From the NCBI GenBank assembly GCA_044225365.1, contig JBGAIQ010000016.1, forward strand, positions 1-64,000: a DNA stretch of 64,000 bases. Direction: 5' to 3'. Position 1 is the first letter of the stretch. Each line of letters opens with the position of its first letter. A program made the position numbers and the translations under genes. Under the pieces are notes generated by a model. That model made no database searches. It saw nothing but the letters and a program-made list of their open reading frames with translations, and was not told the DNA's origin. Below are positions 44,371-54,140 of the stretch, one piece after another. The DNA comes from Planctomycetota bacterium (GTDB lineage: Bacteria > Planctomycetota > B15-G4 > JADJEK01).

Positions 44371-46023
44371 ATGACGAAGCAATGCTCGAACACTCGATTC
44401 GGCCCTCTCCGGCTCGCCTGCATTCTCTCCCTCGTGATGTCGAGCCCCGCAGCGGCCCAGGGGATCGGAAGCGAGCGCGCGATCGCGAATCATCTGCTAG
44501 CGGGCGAGGAGATGACCCTCTCGACTTCCGACCTGCTCGTGCACGGGCGCGCACTCTTCACGAGCAAGTTCACGCGCGAGGACGGCCACGGACGTCCCCT
44601 CCGCAAGGGCGACTTCAGCCCGCTCTCGGACCCGCTCTCGCCACTCGTCTTCCCGCGCAACATGAATCGCATCTCGTCGCCCGAAGCGACCTCGTGTGCG
44701 GGCTGCCACATGGATCCGCGACCGGGCGGTGGCGGCGAATTCCTGACCAACGCGTTCGTGCTCGCCGAGCGCTTCGATCATGCGACCTTCGATCCTCTCG
44801 ACCTCGTCTCCACCAAGGGAGCCAAGGACGAGCTCGGTGTATCCGTGACGCTCGACACGATCGGCAACACGCGCTCGACGCCGCACCTCTTCGGTTCGGG
44901 GTACGTCGAGATGATCGCCCGCCAGATCACGCTCGACCTGCAAGCACAGCGCAACTCCCTCGCAAGCGGCGCGAGCGCCGCGCTCATGTCGAAGGGGATC
45001 TCGTTCGGGTGGCTCGTCCGCGACGGGGCGGGGAATTGGGACACCAGCGGTGTGGTCGGACTGCCGGCCGCGAGCCTCGTGACGACGGGTCCATCCGATC
45101 CTCCGTCGCTCCTCCTCCGGCCCTTCAGCCACGGCGCCGCCACGGTCTCCCTGCGGCATTTCACGAACAACGCCTTCCATCATCACCTCGGCATCGAGCC
45201 GCTGGAACGCGTGGGCGAAGGCGTCGACGACGATGGGGACGGAGTGACGGATGAACTGACGCGCGGCGACGTGACCGCTGCCGTGATCTTCCAGGCGACG
45301 CTTCCTCCACCCGGGCGGGTGCTCCCCGCGAACAAGGACGCGCGGGACGCGGTCGCGCGCGGCGAGGACGTCTTCGTCGCCATCGGCTGCGCGACGTGTC
45401 ACGTGCCCTGTCTCCCCCTGACGTCATCGAAGGGGGCGAAGAGCGGATTCGCTTTCAGCGAACCGTCGCCCTTCAACGGCCCGGGCAACTGGCAGCAGGG
45501 CGATGCGTACCACAGTGAATTCGGTTCGCTCGTCGTCGACCTCCTCGATCCGAAGCTCCCGACCCCGCGCTTGAAGCCCGCCGCGGCAGATGTGATCGAG
45601 GTTCCGCTGTTCAGCGATCTGAGGGTGCACGACCTCACCGATGGACCCGCGGATCCGAATCGCGAACCGCTCGACATGCAGCGCGCGCCGGGATCGCAGG
45701 AGTTCTTCGCGGGGAACGGAAGGTTCATCACGCCACGGCTGTGGGGCGTGGGCTCGTCGTCGCCGTACTTCCATCACGGGAAGTTCACGACACTTCGCGA
45801 GGCGATCGAGGCGCACGGCGGAGAAGCGAGCACGGTGCGATCCAACTGGCATGGACTCGCTGAGGCGGATCGAGCGTCGCTCGTCGAGTTCCTGAAGAGC
45901 CTCCGCATCCTGCCGGAAGGAGCGAAGTCCTTGGTGATCGATGCGAAAGGCAAGAAGGCGAAGTGGCACGCCTTCCCCTGGACCTGCGGCCAGGTCGTCC
46001 CGCCGGTGCCGAGCGGGCCCTGA
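44371..46023 (+). CDS. Di-heme oxidoreductase (DHOR / thiol oxidoreductase-like) family protein
   Basis: CAGCH and CATCH heme motifs, TPHLFGSG, FSDLRVHD, FITPRLWG, YFHHG..TLREAIEAHGGEA. Confidence 0.85.
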   Translation: MTKQCSNTRFGPLRLACILSLVMSSPAAAQGIGSERAIANHLLAGEEMTLSTSDLLVHGRALFTSKFTREDGHGRPLRKGDFSPLSDPLSPLVFPRNMNRISSPEATSCAGCHMDPRPGGGGEFLTNAFVLAERFDHATFDPLDLVSTKGAKDELGVSVTLDTIGNTRSTPHLFGSGYVEMIARQITLDLQAQRNSLASGASAALMSKGISFGWLVRDGAGNWDTSGVVGLPAASLVTTGPSDPPSLLLRPFSHGAATVSLRHFTNNAFHHHLGIEPLERVGEGVDDDGDGVTDELTRGDVTAAVIFQATLPPPGRVLPANKDARDAVARGEDVFVAIGCATCHVPCLPLTSSKGAKSGFAFSEPSPFNGPGNWQQGDAYHSEFGSLVVDLLDPKLPTPRLKPAAADVIEVPLFSDLRVHDLTDGPADPNREPLDMQRAPGSQEFFAGNGRFITPRLWGVGSSSPYFHHGKFTTLREAIEAHGGEASTVRSNWHGLAEADRASLVEFLKSLRILPEGAKSLVIDAKGKKAKWHAFPWTCGQVVPPVPSGP

Positions 46024-46116
46024 TCGCGTCTTCACGATGGCTTGACCGCGCACAGACGGCTCGCTGATCTCGCCGCGGTACGACACGGCACCTGATCCCG
46101 AAGCGGAGAGTTCGAC

Positions 46117-47487
46117 ATGGCGCCCCCGTGGAACTTCGAGAACGCCGCCCATCTCCTGCGACGGGCGGGGTTCGGCGCGACGAAGGAAACGATCGAGGCC
46201 GCCGTCCTCGCCGGGATGAGCGACACGATCGATTCGTTGTTCGTTCCCGATCCTGTTTCCGATGATCTCCCCTTCGAGAAGCCGAGCACCATCGACCTGC
46301 AGGGCTGGTGGCTGCATCGGATGGTGACGACGAGCGCGCCGTTCCTCGAGAAGCTCGTCCTGTTCTTCCACGATCACTTCGCGACCGCGGCATCGAAGGT
46401 GAAGAAGAAGCCGTGGATGCATCAGCAGAATCGGACCTTGAGGTCGCACGCGCTCGGTCGCTTTCGCGACCTCCTGCGAGCCATGGTGCGGGACCCGGCG
46501 TTGCTCGTCTTCCTCGACAATCAGTTGAATGTGAAGAAGAGTCCGAACGAGAACCTCGCGCGGGAGCTGCAGGAGTTGTTCACCACGGGCGTCGTCGGCT
46601 CGAACGGGCAACCGAACTACACCGAGAAGGACGTGAGCGAATGCGCCCGCGCGCTCACCGGACTCACCGTCGTGAAGGGCGAGTTCGTCTTCGACGCGAC
46701 CCTGCACGACGACGGGATGAAGACGTTCAAGAGCGTGAGCGCGAAGTTCGACGCGGATGCCGTGGTCGATCTCCTCGCGAACGATCCTTCGACCGCGAAA
46801 CGCCTCGTGAAGAGACTCTGGTCCTTCTTCGCCTTTCCGATCGGATCGAAGGACCCTCTCGTCGCGGAACTCGCGGGCGTCTATCTCGCGGCGGACACCG
46901 ATCTCAGGGCGCTCCTGAAGGCGATGTTCCGCCACGACGCGTTCTATTCGCCGGCAGCGAAGGCCGGCGCCGTGCGCTGTCCCGCCGAGTTCGTGGTGGT
47001 GGCGCTGCGCGGGCTCGGTGCGACCCTGAGCGACGTGCCGAGCAAATGGGGAGCGCTCGGCAAGCAGGTCGCGGCGATGGGGCAGGCCTTGTTCGAGCCG
47101 CCCTCGGTCTTCGGTTGGCCAGGCGGCAACACCTGGGTCGAACTCGCGGGACTGCAGCAGCGGCTCGTGGTCGCGTCATCCATCGCGAATCACCGGGCCA
47201 AGGGATCGTCGTCGTACAGCTACGATCCGGCGGCCCTGCTGGGTCCCGAGGAGGGATTCACGTCGCTCGACGCCGACGCGGTCGTCACCGGGGTGCTCGA
47301 CGCACTCGGCCCGCTCATCGTGCGACCGACGACCCGCGCCGCGCTCGTCGAATACGCGCTCGACGGAGCGCAGAGCCTCACGATCGACGCCGAGTTCATC
47401 GATCGGAAGGTGCGCGGTCTGATCGCGCTCGCGATGAGCACCGCGGAATATCAACTCGCGCTGGGATCGGTGGAGGCGTTCTCATGA
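46117..47487 (+). CDS. DUF1800 family protein
   Basis: AAHLLRRAGFG, EKLVLFFHDHFAT, PNENLARELQELFT, PPSVFGW. Confidence 0.92.
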   Translation: MAPPWNFENAAHLLRRAGFGATKETIEAAVLAGMSDTIDSLFVPDPVSDDLPFEKPSTIDLQGWWLHRMVTTSAPFLEKLVLFFHDHFATAASKVKKKPWMHQQNRTLRSHALGRFRDLLRAMVRDPALLVFLDNQLNVKKSPNENLARELQELFTTGVVGSNGQPNYTEKDVSECARALTGLTVVKGEFVFDATLHDDGMKTFKSVSAKFDADAVVDLLANDPSTAKRLVKRLWSFFAFPIGSKDPLVAELAGVYLAADTDLRALLKAMFRHDAFYSPAAKAGAVRCPAEFVVVALRGLGATLSDVPSKWGALGKQVAAMGQALFEPPSVFGWPGGNTWVELAGLQQRLVVASSIANHRAKGSSSYSYDPAALLGPEEGFTSLDADAVVTGVLDALGPLIVRPTTRAALVEYALDGAQSLTIDAEFIDRKVRGLIALAMSTAEYQLALGSVEAFS

Positions 47488-48728
47488 GCGGCACGCGACG
47501 CGAGGCATTGAAGCGCGGACTCCTGTTCGGCGCCGCGGCGATGGCGAACGGATTCATGCCGTCGGCCCTCCTGCGCTCGGCGTTCGCGGCTCCCGGACCG
47601 CAGGCGCGAAATCTCGTCTTCGTCGAACTCGACGGCGGCAATGACGGACTGAACACCATCGTCCCGCATGGCATCGACGGCGGGCTCTACGCGAAAACGT
47701 ATCGGCCGACGCTCGGCATTCCCGCCGAGACGACGATCCCGCTCAACGACTCCCTCGGCTTCAATCCGAATCTCGCGCCGCTGATGCCGCTCTTCGATTC
47801 CGGTCGCATGGCGGTCGTGCAAGGCGTCGGTTCGCCGCTCGGCTCCTTCTCCCACGATTTCGCGAAGAAGTTCTGGGCGACCGGCGATCCCACGGGCGAG
47901 ACCACGTCGGGATGGTTCGGGCGCTATCTCGCGACGCTGCCGGGATCGAAGTCGCTCGCGTTCGACGTGTCGAACTACGCCGATGGCCTGTTCGCGGGGT
48001 CGAAGCAGTTCGTCGCGGCGTTCCCGAGCCTCGAGTCGCTCGCCTTCCCGATCGACAAGAAGCACCCGGACGACGGGTGGGCGCGCAAGAAGGCGTTCCT
48101 CGCGATGCACTCGACGCTCGCGGGAAGCGATACGGCGCTCGGTGCGATCGCAGCGACGGGCGAGAAGCTGATCGACGTCCTCGCCCAGTATTCGAAGGTC
48201 AAGCCGGTCGCGCACGTCGGGAAGTACCCTCAGCACCCCGTCGGAGATGCGCTCGCGCTCGTCGTGAGGCTGCTTCGCTCGTCGCTCGGGCTTCGGTTCC
48301 ACCACGTGGTGTTCGAAGGATTCGACACGCACGCGAACCAGGATCAGGGCTTCTCGCACGATCAGAAGCTCGCGACGCTCGCGAAGGCGCTCGCGGCCTT
48401 CCACGCGGATCTCGATCACTACGGTCTCGCGAAGAACACGCTCGTGATCGTGTACAGCGAATTCGGTCGCGCTCTCTTCGAGAACGCGAGTCGAGGCACG
48501 GATCACGGCACCGCAGCGCCCGTGTTCGTCCTCGGAGACGGGGTCGCGGGCGGGCTGTACGGCGTCCATCCGTCGCTCGAGCCCCGAAATCTCTCGTCGA
48601 TCGAGGAGATGGTCGCGACGACGGACTACCGCGACGTCCTCGGCACGATCGCGATGCGGTGGCTCGACGCCGACCCGGCGCCGCTCTTCCCCGATCACGT
48701 GATGAGCGACCTCGGCTTCATCTCCTGA
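47484..48728 (+). CDS. DUF1501 family protein (Tat signal), partner of DUF1800
   Basis: TRREAL, LDGGNDGLNT, GFDTHANQ, SEFGR...N.SRGTDHG; ATGA overlap with DUF1800. Confidence 0.92.
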   Translation: MSGTRREALKRGLLFGAAAMANGFMPSALLRSAFAAPGPQARNLVFVELDGGNDGLNTIVPHGIDGGLYAKTYRPTLGIPAETTIPLNDSLGFNPNLAPLMPLFDSGRMAVVQGVGSPLGSFSHDFAKKFWATGDPTGETTSGWFGRYLATLPGSKSLAFDVSNYADGLFAGSKQFVAAFPSLESLAFPIDKKHPDDGWARKKAFLAMHSTLAGSDTALGAIAATGEKLIDVLAQYSKVKPVAHVGKYPQHPVGDALALVVRLLRSSLGLRFHHVVFEGFDTHANQDQGFSHDQKLATLAKALAAFHADLDHYGLAKNTLVIVYSEFGRALFENASRGTDHGTAAPVFVLGDGVAGGLYGVHPSLEPRNLSSIEEMVATTDYRDVLGTIAMRWLDADPAPLFPDHVMSDLGFIS

Positions 48729-48842
48729 ACCAAGTCCGTCGGCGACGGCGTTCTGGCGCAGGTTGCTCGATGTTCATGTTGGCGCTTCGACGTCCGCGAT
48801 AGTCTCGCGCTGCGGCTCCTTTCGCTCGAAGCGAGGTCCTCC

Positions 48843-50735
48843 ATGTGCGGTATCGCGGGCGTCTTCTTGCACCGAGCCGATCGCGAGCCCGCGAGAGTTG
48901 CCCTTGAAGCCGCCGCGCGCCATCTCTCGCACCGCGGGCCCGATGGAACCGTCGTCCACGTGGAACCGGGGCTCGGGCTCGCTCACACTCGACTCGCGCT
49001 CGTCGACCTGGACCCGCGCAGCGACCAGCCGCTCTTCGACGCGAGCCGCCGCTACGCGATCGTCTACAACGGCGAGGTCTACAACTTCCGCGAACTGCGG
49101 TCGGAGTTGGAGGGCGAAGGCGCCGTCTTCCGCACCACGAGCGACACCGAGGTGTTGCTCGAGATGTTCGTACGGAGGGGAGTCGAAGCGAGTCTTCCGC
49201 GACTCGAAGGAATGTTCGCCTTCGCGTTCTGCGATCGTGCGACACGAACCCTCACGCTCGCTCGCGATCGCTTCGGGATCAAGCCGCTCTACTACACCGA
49301 ACCGCGAGACTGCGGCGGCGACGGTTCCGCGTTCTTGTTCGCGTCCGAGACGATGGCGTTCGCGCCCTTCATCCCGTTCGAGCCCGACGTCCCCGAGATC
49401 TGCTCGTACCTGCAGGCCCTCGACATGTACAAGGGCCCGACCACCCGCGGGTCGTTCCTGCGCGGTGTGCGGACGGTCCCTCCGGGTTTCGTCGTGACGG
49501 TGAAGCAGGGCGCCCCGGCCGAGCTGAAGCGATTCGTATCGCTCGTCGACCTGTGGGATCTCGAAGAGGCGAAGGCGCTCGATGCGCTCGCGGACGATGC
49601 GCTGGTCGACAAGGTCGACGCCGCGATGCACGCAAGCGTGAAGATGCAGCTCTTCGCCGACGCGAAGGTCGGCGTGTACTGCAGCGGTGGCGTGGATTCG
49701 TCGCTCGTCGCGGCGATCGCGAGCCGGTATCGCAAAGGTCTCCAACTCTTCCACTCCGACGTGGTCGGCAAGAAGAGCGAATACGCGATCGCGCAGCGCG
49801 TCGCGGCCCACCTCAAGGCGGATCTCCACAAGGTCGAGGTGCGGGACGACGACTTCATCGAGCGGCTGCCGCATGCGATCCGTCACTACGAGTATCCCTG
49901 CTCCGGGCGTCCGCAATCGGTCGCGTTCCTCGCGGTCTCCGAGCTGGTCTCGAAGCACGGCGTGAAGGGCGTTCTCTCCGGCGAAGGCTCTGACGAGTGC
50001 TTCCTCGGCTACGCGCGAATGGTCGCGAAGACGAAGGACCTCCTTCGCGATGTGCCGAGCCGCCTCGTCGCGCGGCTTGGTGGCGAGGACGCTCCTCGCG
50101 CACCGCGTCGAGGCGTCGCGGCGTCCCGCATCGCCACGGCGATGCTCCATCACTTCGATCGGGAGATCGAGCTCGATCAGGTCCTGAAGCTGCCGGTGGG
50201 CGACCGCGGCCGAGTCGGCGACCCGCGCAATCGAAAGAGCCTCGAGATGATCGGCTACCACCTGCGAACGTTGCTGCATCGCAACGATCGGCTCGGCATG
50301 GCGGCGAGCGTCGAAGCCAGATTCCCGTACCTCGACAGCTCGCTCGTGAGACTCGCGATCAACCTCCCGCATCGCGTGAAGGCTCGCTTCTCGCTCGCGT
50401 TCGCGGGATCGGGCCGATCGAACGTGGCCGCCAAGTGGATCGTGCGCAAGGTGGCCGACCGCTATCTCCCGCGCGAACTCTCAGCGATGCGGAAGAAGGG
50501 GTTCAAGGTCACGGCACAGAAGCGATTGAAGATCGCTCGCGGCGCGTTCGACGGCACGTTCGTCGCCGATCTGTTCGGCTACTCGGCGCGCGAGCTGGCG
50601 TTCCTCGAGAGTCACGCCTCGTCGTCGTTGAAGCAGCGACTCCTGCAGGTCAACGTGTGGGCCGAACTCTTCCTCGCGCGCGATTCGGAAGCGACGGTCC
50701 TGCAGCGCTTGCGGAGCAAGCTGTCGACGGTGTGA
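48843..50735 (+). CDS. asnB: Asparagine synthase (glutamine-hydrolysing) family amidotransferase, copy 2
   Basis: MCGIAG, HTRLALVD, YNGEVYN, SGGVDSS, SGEGSDECFLGY, EARFPYLD. Confidence 0.92.
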   Translation: MCGIAGVFLHRADREPARVALEAAARHLSHRGPDGTVVHVEPGLGLAHTRLALVDLDPRSDQPLFDASRRYAIVYNGEVYNFRELRSELEGEGAVFRTTSDTEVLLEMFVRRGVEASLPRLEGMFAFAFCDRATRTLTLARDRFGIKPLYYTEPRDCGGDGSAFLFASETMAFAPFIPFEPDVPEICSYLQALDMYKGPTTRGSFLRGVRTVPPGFVVTVKQGAPAELKRFVSLVDLWDLEEAKALDALADDALVDKVDAAMHASVKMQLFADAKVGVYCSGGVDSSLVAAIASRYRKGLQLFHSDVVGKKSEYAIAQRVAAHLKADLHKVEVRDDDFIERLPHAIRHYEYPCSGRPQSVAFLAVSELVSKHGVKGVLSGEGSDECFLGYARMVAKTKDLLRDVPSRLVARLGGEDAPRAPRRGVAASRIATAMLHHFDREIELDQVLKLPVGDRGRVGDPRNRKSLEMIGYHLRTLLHRNDRLGMAASVEARFPYLDSSLVRLAINLPHRVKARFSLAFAGSGRSNVAAKWIVRKVADRYLPRELSAMRKKGFKVTAQKRLKIARGAFDGTFVADLFGYSARELAFLESHASSSLKQRLLQVNVWAELFLARDSEATVLQRLRSKLSTV

Positions 50736-50751
50736 ATCCGTCGCGTCGTCG

Positions 50752-51984
50752 TCAGCGACGACGCTTGCGGCGCGCGAGGTGATACTCGATCAGCTCACCG
50801 AGCCGGGTGTCGCACAGTCCGCGATCGTGGGTGCGTTGCATGAGGTCGACGCAAGGCGCGCTGTTGCCTTCGATGAGCACGGGGCCACGCGAGGAGAACC
50901 CGACGTCCCATCCGATGATGTAGTACTCCGGAAAGGCGTGGTGCGCCTTCTCGACGATCGAGATCGCTTCGAGGAAGTCCGGCAGCTTGCGGCCGACGAT
51001 CCGGACGTGCGTATCGGGATGTTCCTCGAACCACGGCGCCCTGGGATCGAGCAACGTCGCGCGCGAGAGCTCGCCCGTCATCATGTTCACGGCCGCACCG
51101 ACGCCTCCGGCATGGAAGTTGTCGACGATCGCCGTGCCGCGACCCATCCGAAACGTACCCCAGATGATCTCCGGGACGTGATCCTCGTCGAGGCACGACA
51201 GCACGCGCAGCGTGCAAAGAGCGTCGCCGGTCAGATCCCGCAGAACGGGATGCGAGAACATTCGCTCCTGGATCATCAGAGGAACGGCCTTCGAGGCTTC
51301 CTTCCAGCGCGCGATGAGTTCGTCCGAGGTGAACGTCTCGATCGCGTCGGTGGCCTTCCCGCGATGGAGTTCGAATCGACCGTCGCCCTTCCACTCGTAG
51401 ACCTGCGCGCCGCGACCGCCGGCGGCGATACGCGGCTTCACGAAGAGGTCGTACTCCGGCAGCTTCGTGGCGGCGAGCCAGCGGATCTCGCCACGCTCGC
51501 ACGTGGCGTAGTGGACCGGCATGGGGATCCCGTTGGCCTTGCAGCGCTCGTAGCAGGCCTCCTTGTCGGAGAGCCAGCGTCGCTTCGGGCGATCGCGGAG
51601 CATGCTGAACGCGCCCTTGTACTTCGTCTCGTGACGATGCAGGAACTCGACGGCGTCGCCGCGATGTGTGGGCTCGTAGAGGCGATAGAGCCAGTACTTC
51701 TCCGGCGGGATGGAGAAGCGCGTCGCGCAGTCGAGCTGCTCGCAGAACAGCCGCAATTTCGACTTCGCCGTGCGGTCGGCGAGCGTCGCGTATTTCTTGG
51801 TGAGCGCATAGGAACGGCGAGCCGCGCGGAACGGATAGGCGAGCTGGCGGAGGACGAGCTCCGCGCGCTTGCCGATCGAGCGTGGGCGGCGCCATCGCTC
51901 GCGGGCGATTCGCAGGTGCACCTTGTGGGAGAGTGCCTTCGCTCCGAAGAGCCCGGGCCAAGAGATTCCGAGGGGCGGTCGCAT
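50752..51984 (-). CDS. Sugar-transfer-associated ATP-grasp protein
   Basis: LSDK, LFVKP...GGRG, MIQE...HP, LCTLRV, VDNFHAGG, IGWDV....GPVLIEGN. Confidence 0.85.
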   Translation of the reverse strand: MRPPLGISWPGLFGAKALSHKVHLRIARERWRRPRSIGKRAELVLRQLAYPFRAARRSYALTKKYATLADRTAKSKLRLFCEQLDCATRFSIPPEKYWLYRLYEPTHRGDAVEFLHRHETKYKGAFSMLRDRPKRRWLSDKEACYERCKANGIPMPVHYATCERGEIRWLAATKLPEYDLFVKPRIAAGGRGAQVYEWKGDGRFELHRGKATDAIETFTSDELIARWKEASKAVPLMIQERMFSHPVLRDLTGDALCTLRVLSCLDEDHVPEIIWGTFRMGRGTAIVDNFHAGGVGAAVNMMTGELSRATLLDPRAPWFEEHPDTHVRIVGRKLPDFLEAISIVEKAHHAFPEYYIIGWDVGFSSRGPVLIEGNSAPCVDLMQRTHDRGLCDTRLGELIEYHLARRKRRR

Positions 51985-52324
51985 GGAGGTGGCCCCGAAA
52001 GGGGCTCATCCGTTCTGCTCGAGGAGCGACGACGGCGATGCTAATGCGAACTCGGGCAAGGGGAATTCGTGTAGCGAAAGTGTCATGGCGAGGAACTACG
52101 CGCGCCTCTCGCGGTGGAAGCGGTAGCGGCACGAATCGTCGCCGAATCGCCGAATGCCGCTGTTCTGATTCGAGAGTGTCGGGCGTCGAAATGCTTCGTC
52201 TTCGTCATCTCCGATCGAACGTGGGACTCGCATCGAGATCGACGTGACGTGCTTGTTGAGCGAGCCGTGGCGCTTATCCTCGCTCCCAACTCGACCGCGC
52301 CCACGACGACGAAGAGTCCGAACC

Positions 52325-54094
52325 ATGAACCGCAGTCCTACGCTCGTGCGATCGCACGGCTCCCGCACCGCATCCATCGGTCTTGCGATCGCGCTCACCG
52401 CGACCGCGTGCTCGACTTCCGGCTCGAACTCCGCGGAGGGTTCGAACGCGGCCTACGACGCCCTCGCGAAGCAGTTCGTCACGTGGCATCTGAAAACGCA
52501 TCCCTTCACCGCGACGCAGCTCGGCGTGCACGACTACGACGCGCGGATCGAGGATCGGAGCAAGGCGGCGATCGCGGCGAACGTCGCGCGACTCCACGAG
52601 TTCGCCGCGAGCTTCGGCGGCGTCGATGCGGGAAAGCTCTCGCTCGATCGCCAGCTCGACCTGGATTACGTGAAGGGCGTCGTGGAGTCGCAGCTCCTCG
52701 AGCTCGAAGTCGTGAAGTCCTACGCGCACGATCCGGATGCGTACACGACGTCCGCGACGGAAGCGGCGTTCTATCTCATCAAGCGCGACTTCGCGCCCGC
52801 CGAGCAGCGCCTCGCCTCGCTCATCGCGCGTGAGCGTTCCATCCCGGCGTTCCTGGCGACCGCGAAGGAGAATCTCGTCGCTCCGCCGCGCATCCTGACG
52901 CAGATCGCGCTCGAGCAGATCGACGACAATCGCGGCTTCTTCGAGCACGACGTCCCGCTCGCGTTCGAGAAGGTGACCGATCCGAAGTTGCGCAGTGAAT
53001 TCGAAGCCGCGAACGCCGCGGTGATCGCGGCGTTCAGCGACTTCAAGACCTACCTGAACGACGATCTGCTCCCGCGCTCGAACGGCGATTTCGTGCTCGG
53101 CGAGAAGACGTACCGCGAACTCCTGAAGGCGCAGGAAGGCATCGACCTGCCGATCGATTCCCTGCTCGCGATCGCGCGCGCCGATCTGAAGAAGAACCAG
53201 GCCGCGTTCGTCGAGACCGCGAAGAAGATCGACCCGTCGCGATCCGCGATCGAAGTGTTCGAGGCGATCTCTCGCCAGCATCCGAAACCGGAAGAGTTGC
53301 TCGCGACGACACAGGCGTCGCTTGATTCGATCCGCTCGTACATCGTCGAGCACGATCTCATCACGATCCCCAAGTCGCCGCCCGCGACGGTGGCCGAGAC
53401 TCCGCCGTTCCAGCGCTCGACGACCTCTGCCTCGATGGACACGCCCGGTCCCTACGAGAAGGGCGCGCGGGAGGCGTACTACTTCATGACATTGCCGGAT
53501 CCGACCAGCGGACCCGAGGACGTCGAGGAGTTCATGCGGCAGTGGTACGTCCCGATGATCTCGAACGTCTCGGTCCACGAGGCGTATCCGGGTCACTACA
53601 TCCAGTTCCTCTATGCCGACTCGTTCCCTTCCGACATCCGCAAGGTCTTCGGAGCGAACACGAACATCGAGGGCTGGGCGCACTACTGCGAGACGATGAT
53701 GCTCGATCAGGGCTTCCACGCCGACGACCCCGCGTACCGCCTCGCGCAACTGCAAGATGCGCTGCTGCGCGACGCGCGCTTCGTCGTCGGGATCTCGATG
53801 CACACTCGCGGCATGACGATCGAAGAAGCCGAGAAGTTCTTCGAGAAGGAAGCGTATCAGCCCGCGCCCGTCGCGATCTCGGAGAGCAAGCGGGGGACGA
53901 CCGACGCGCTCTACGGGTACTACACGCTCGGCAAACTCATGATCCTGAAGCTGCGCGACGACTACTTCGCCGCGCATCCGAAGGCGACGCTGCGCGAGTT
54001 CCACGATGCATTCATCCGGCTCGGCCCATTGCCGATACCGTCGATCCGGCGGGCCATGCTCGGTTCCACGGGAGCGATCCTTCCGCCCGCCTGA
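52325..54094 (+). CDS. DUF885 family lipoprotein (metallopeptidase-like)
   Basis: Lipobox ATAC; HEAYPGHYIQ, EGWAHYCE, YTLGKLMILKLR, LREFHD. Confidence 0.9.
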   Translation: MNRSPTLVRSHGSRTASIGLAIALTATACSTSGSNSAEGSNAAYDALAKQFVTWHLKTHPFTATQLGVHDYDARIEDRSKAAIAANVARLHEFAASFGGVDAGKLSLDRQLDLDYVKGVVESQLLELEVVKSYAHDPDAYTTSATEAAFYLIKRDFAPAEQRLASLIARERSIPAFLATAKENLVAPPRILTQIALEQIDDNRGFFEHDVPLAFEKVTDPKLRSEFEAANAAVIAAFSDFKTYLNDDLLPRSNGDFVLGEKTYRELLKAQEGIDLPIDSLLAIARADLKKNQAAFVETAKKIDPSRSAIEVFEAISRQHPKPEELLATTQASLDSIRSYIVEHDLITIPKSPPATVAETPPFQRSTTSASMDTPGPYEKGAREAYYFMTLPDPTSGPEDVEEFMRQWYVPMISNVSVHEAYPGHYIQFLYADSFPSDIRKVFGANTNIEGWAHYCETMMLDQGFHADDPAYRLAQLQDALLRDARFVVGISMHTRGMTIEEAEKFFEKEAYQPAPVAISESKRGTTDALYGYYTLGKLMILKLRDDYFAAHPKATLREFHDAFIRLGPLPIPSIRRAMLGSTGAILPPA

Positions 54095-54140
54095 GTGCGT
54101 GGCTCGCTCCGATTCCCAACGAAACGTCAAAGGGCCGACT

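Noticed and set aside
50752-51984. Graspetide (microviridin-type) ATP-grasp
   Set aside because: The motifs match the sugar-transfer-associated family, and no repetitive precursor peptide is adjacent.
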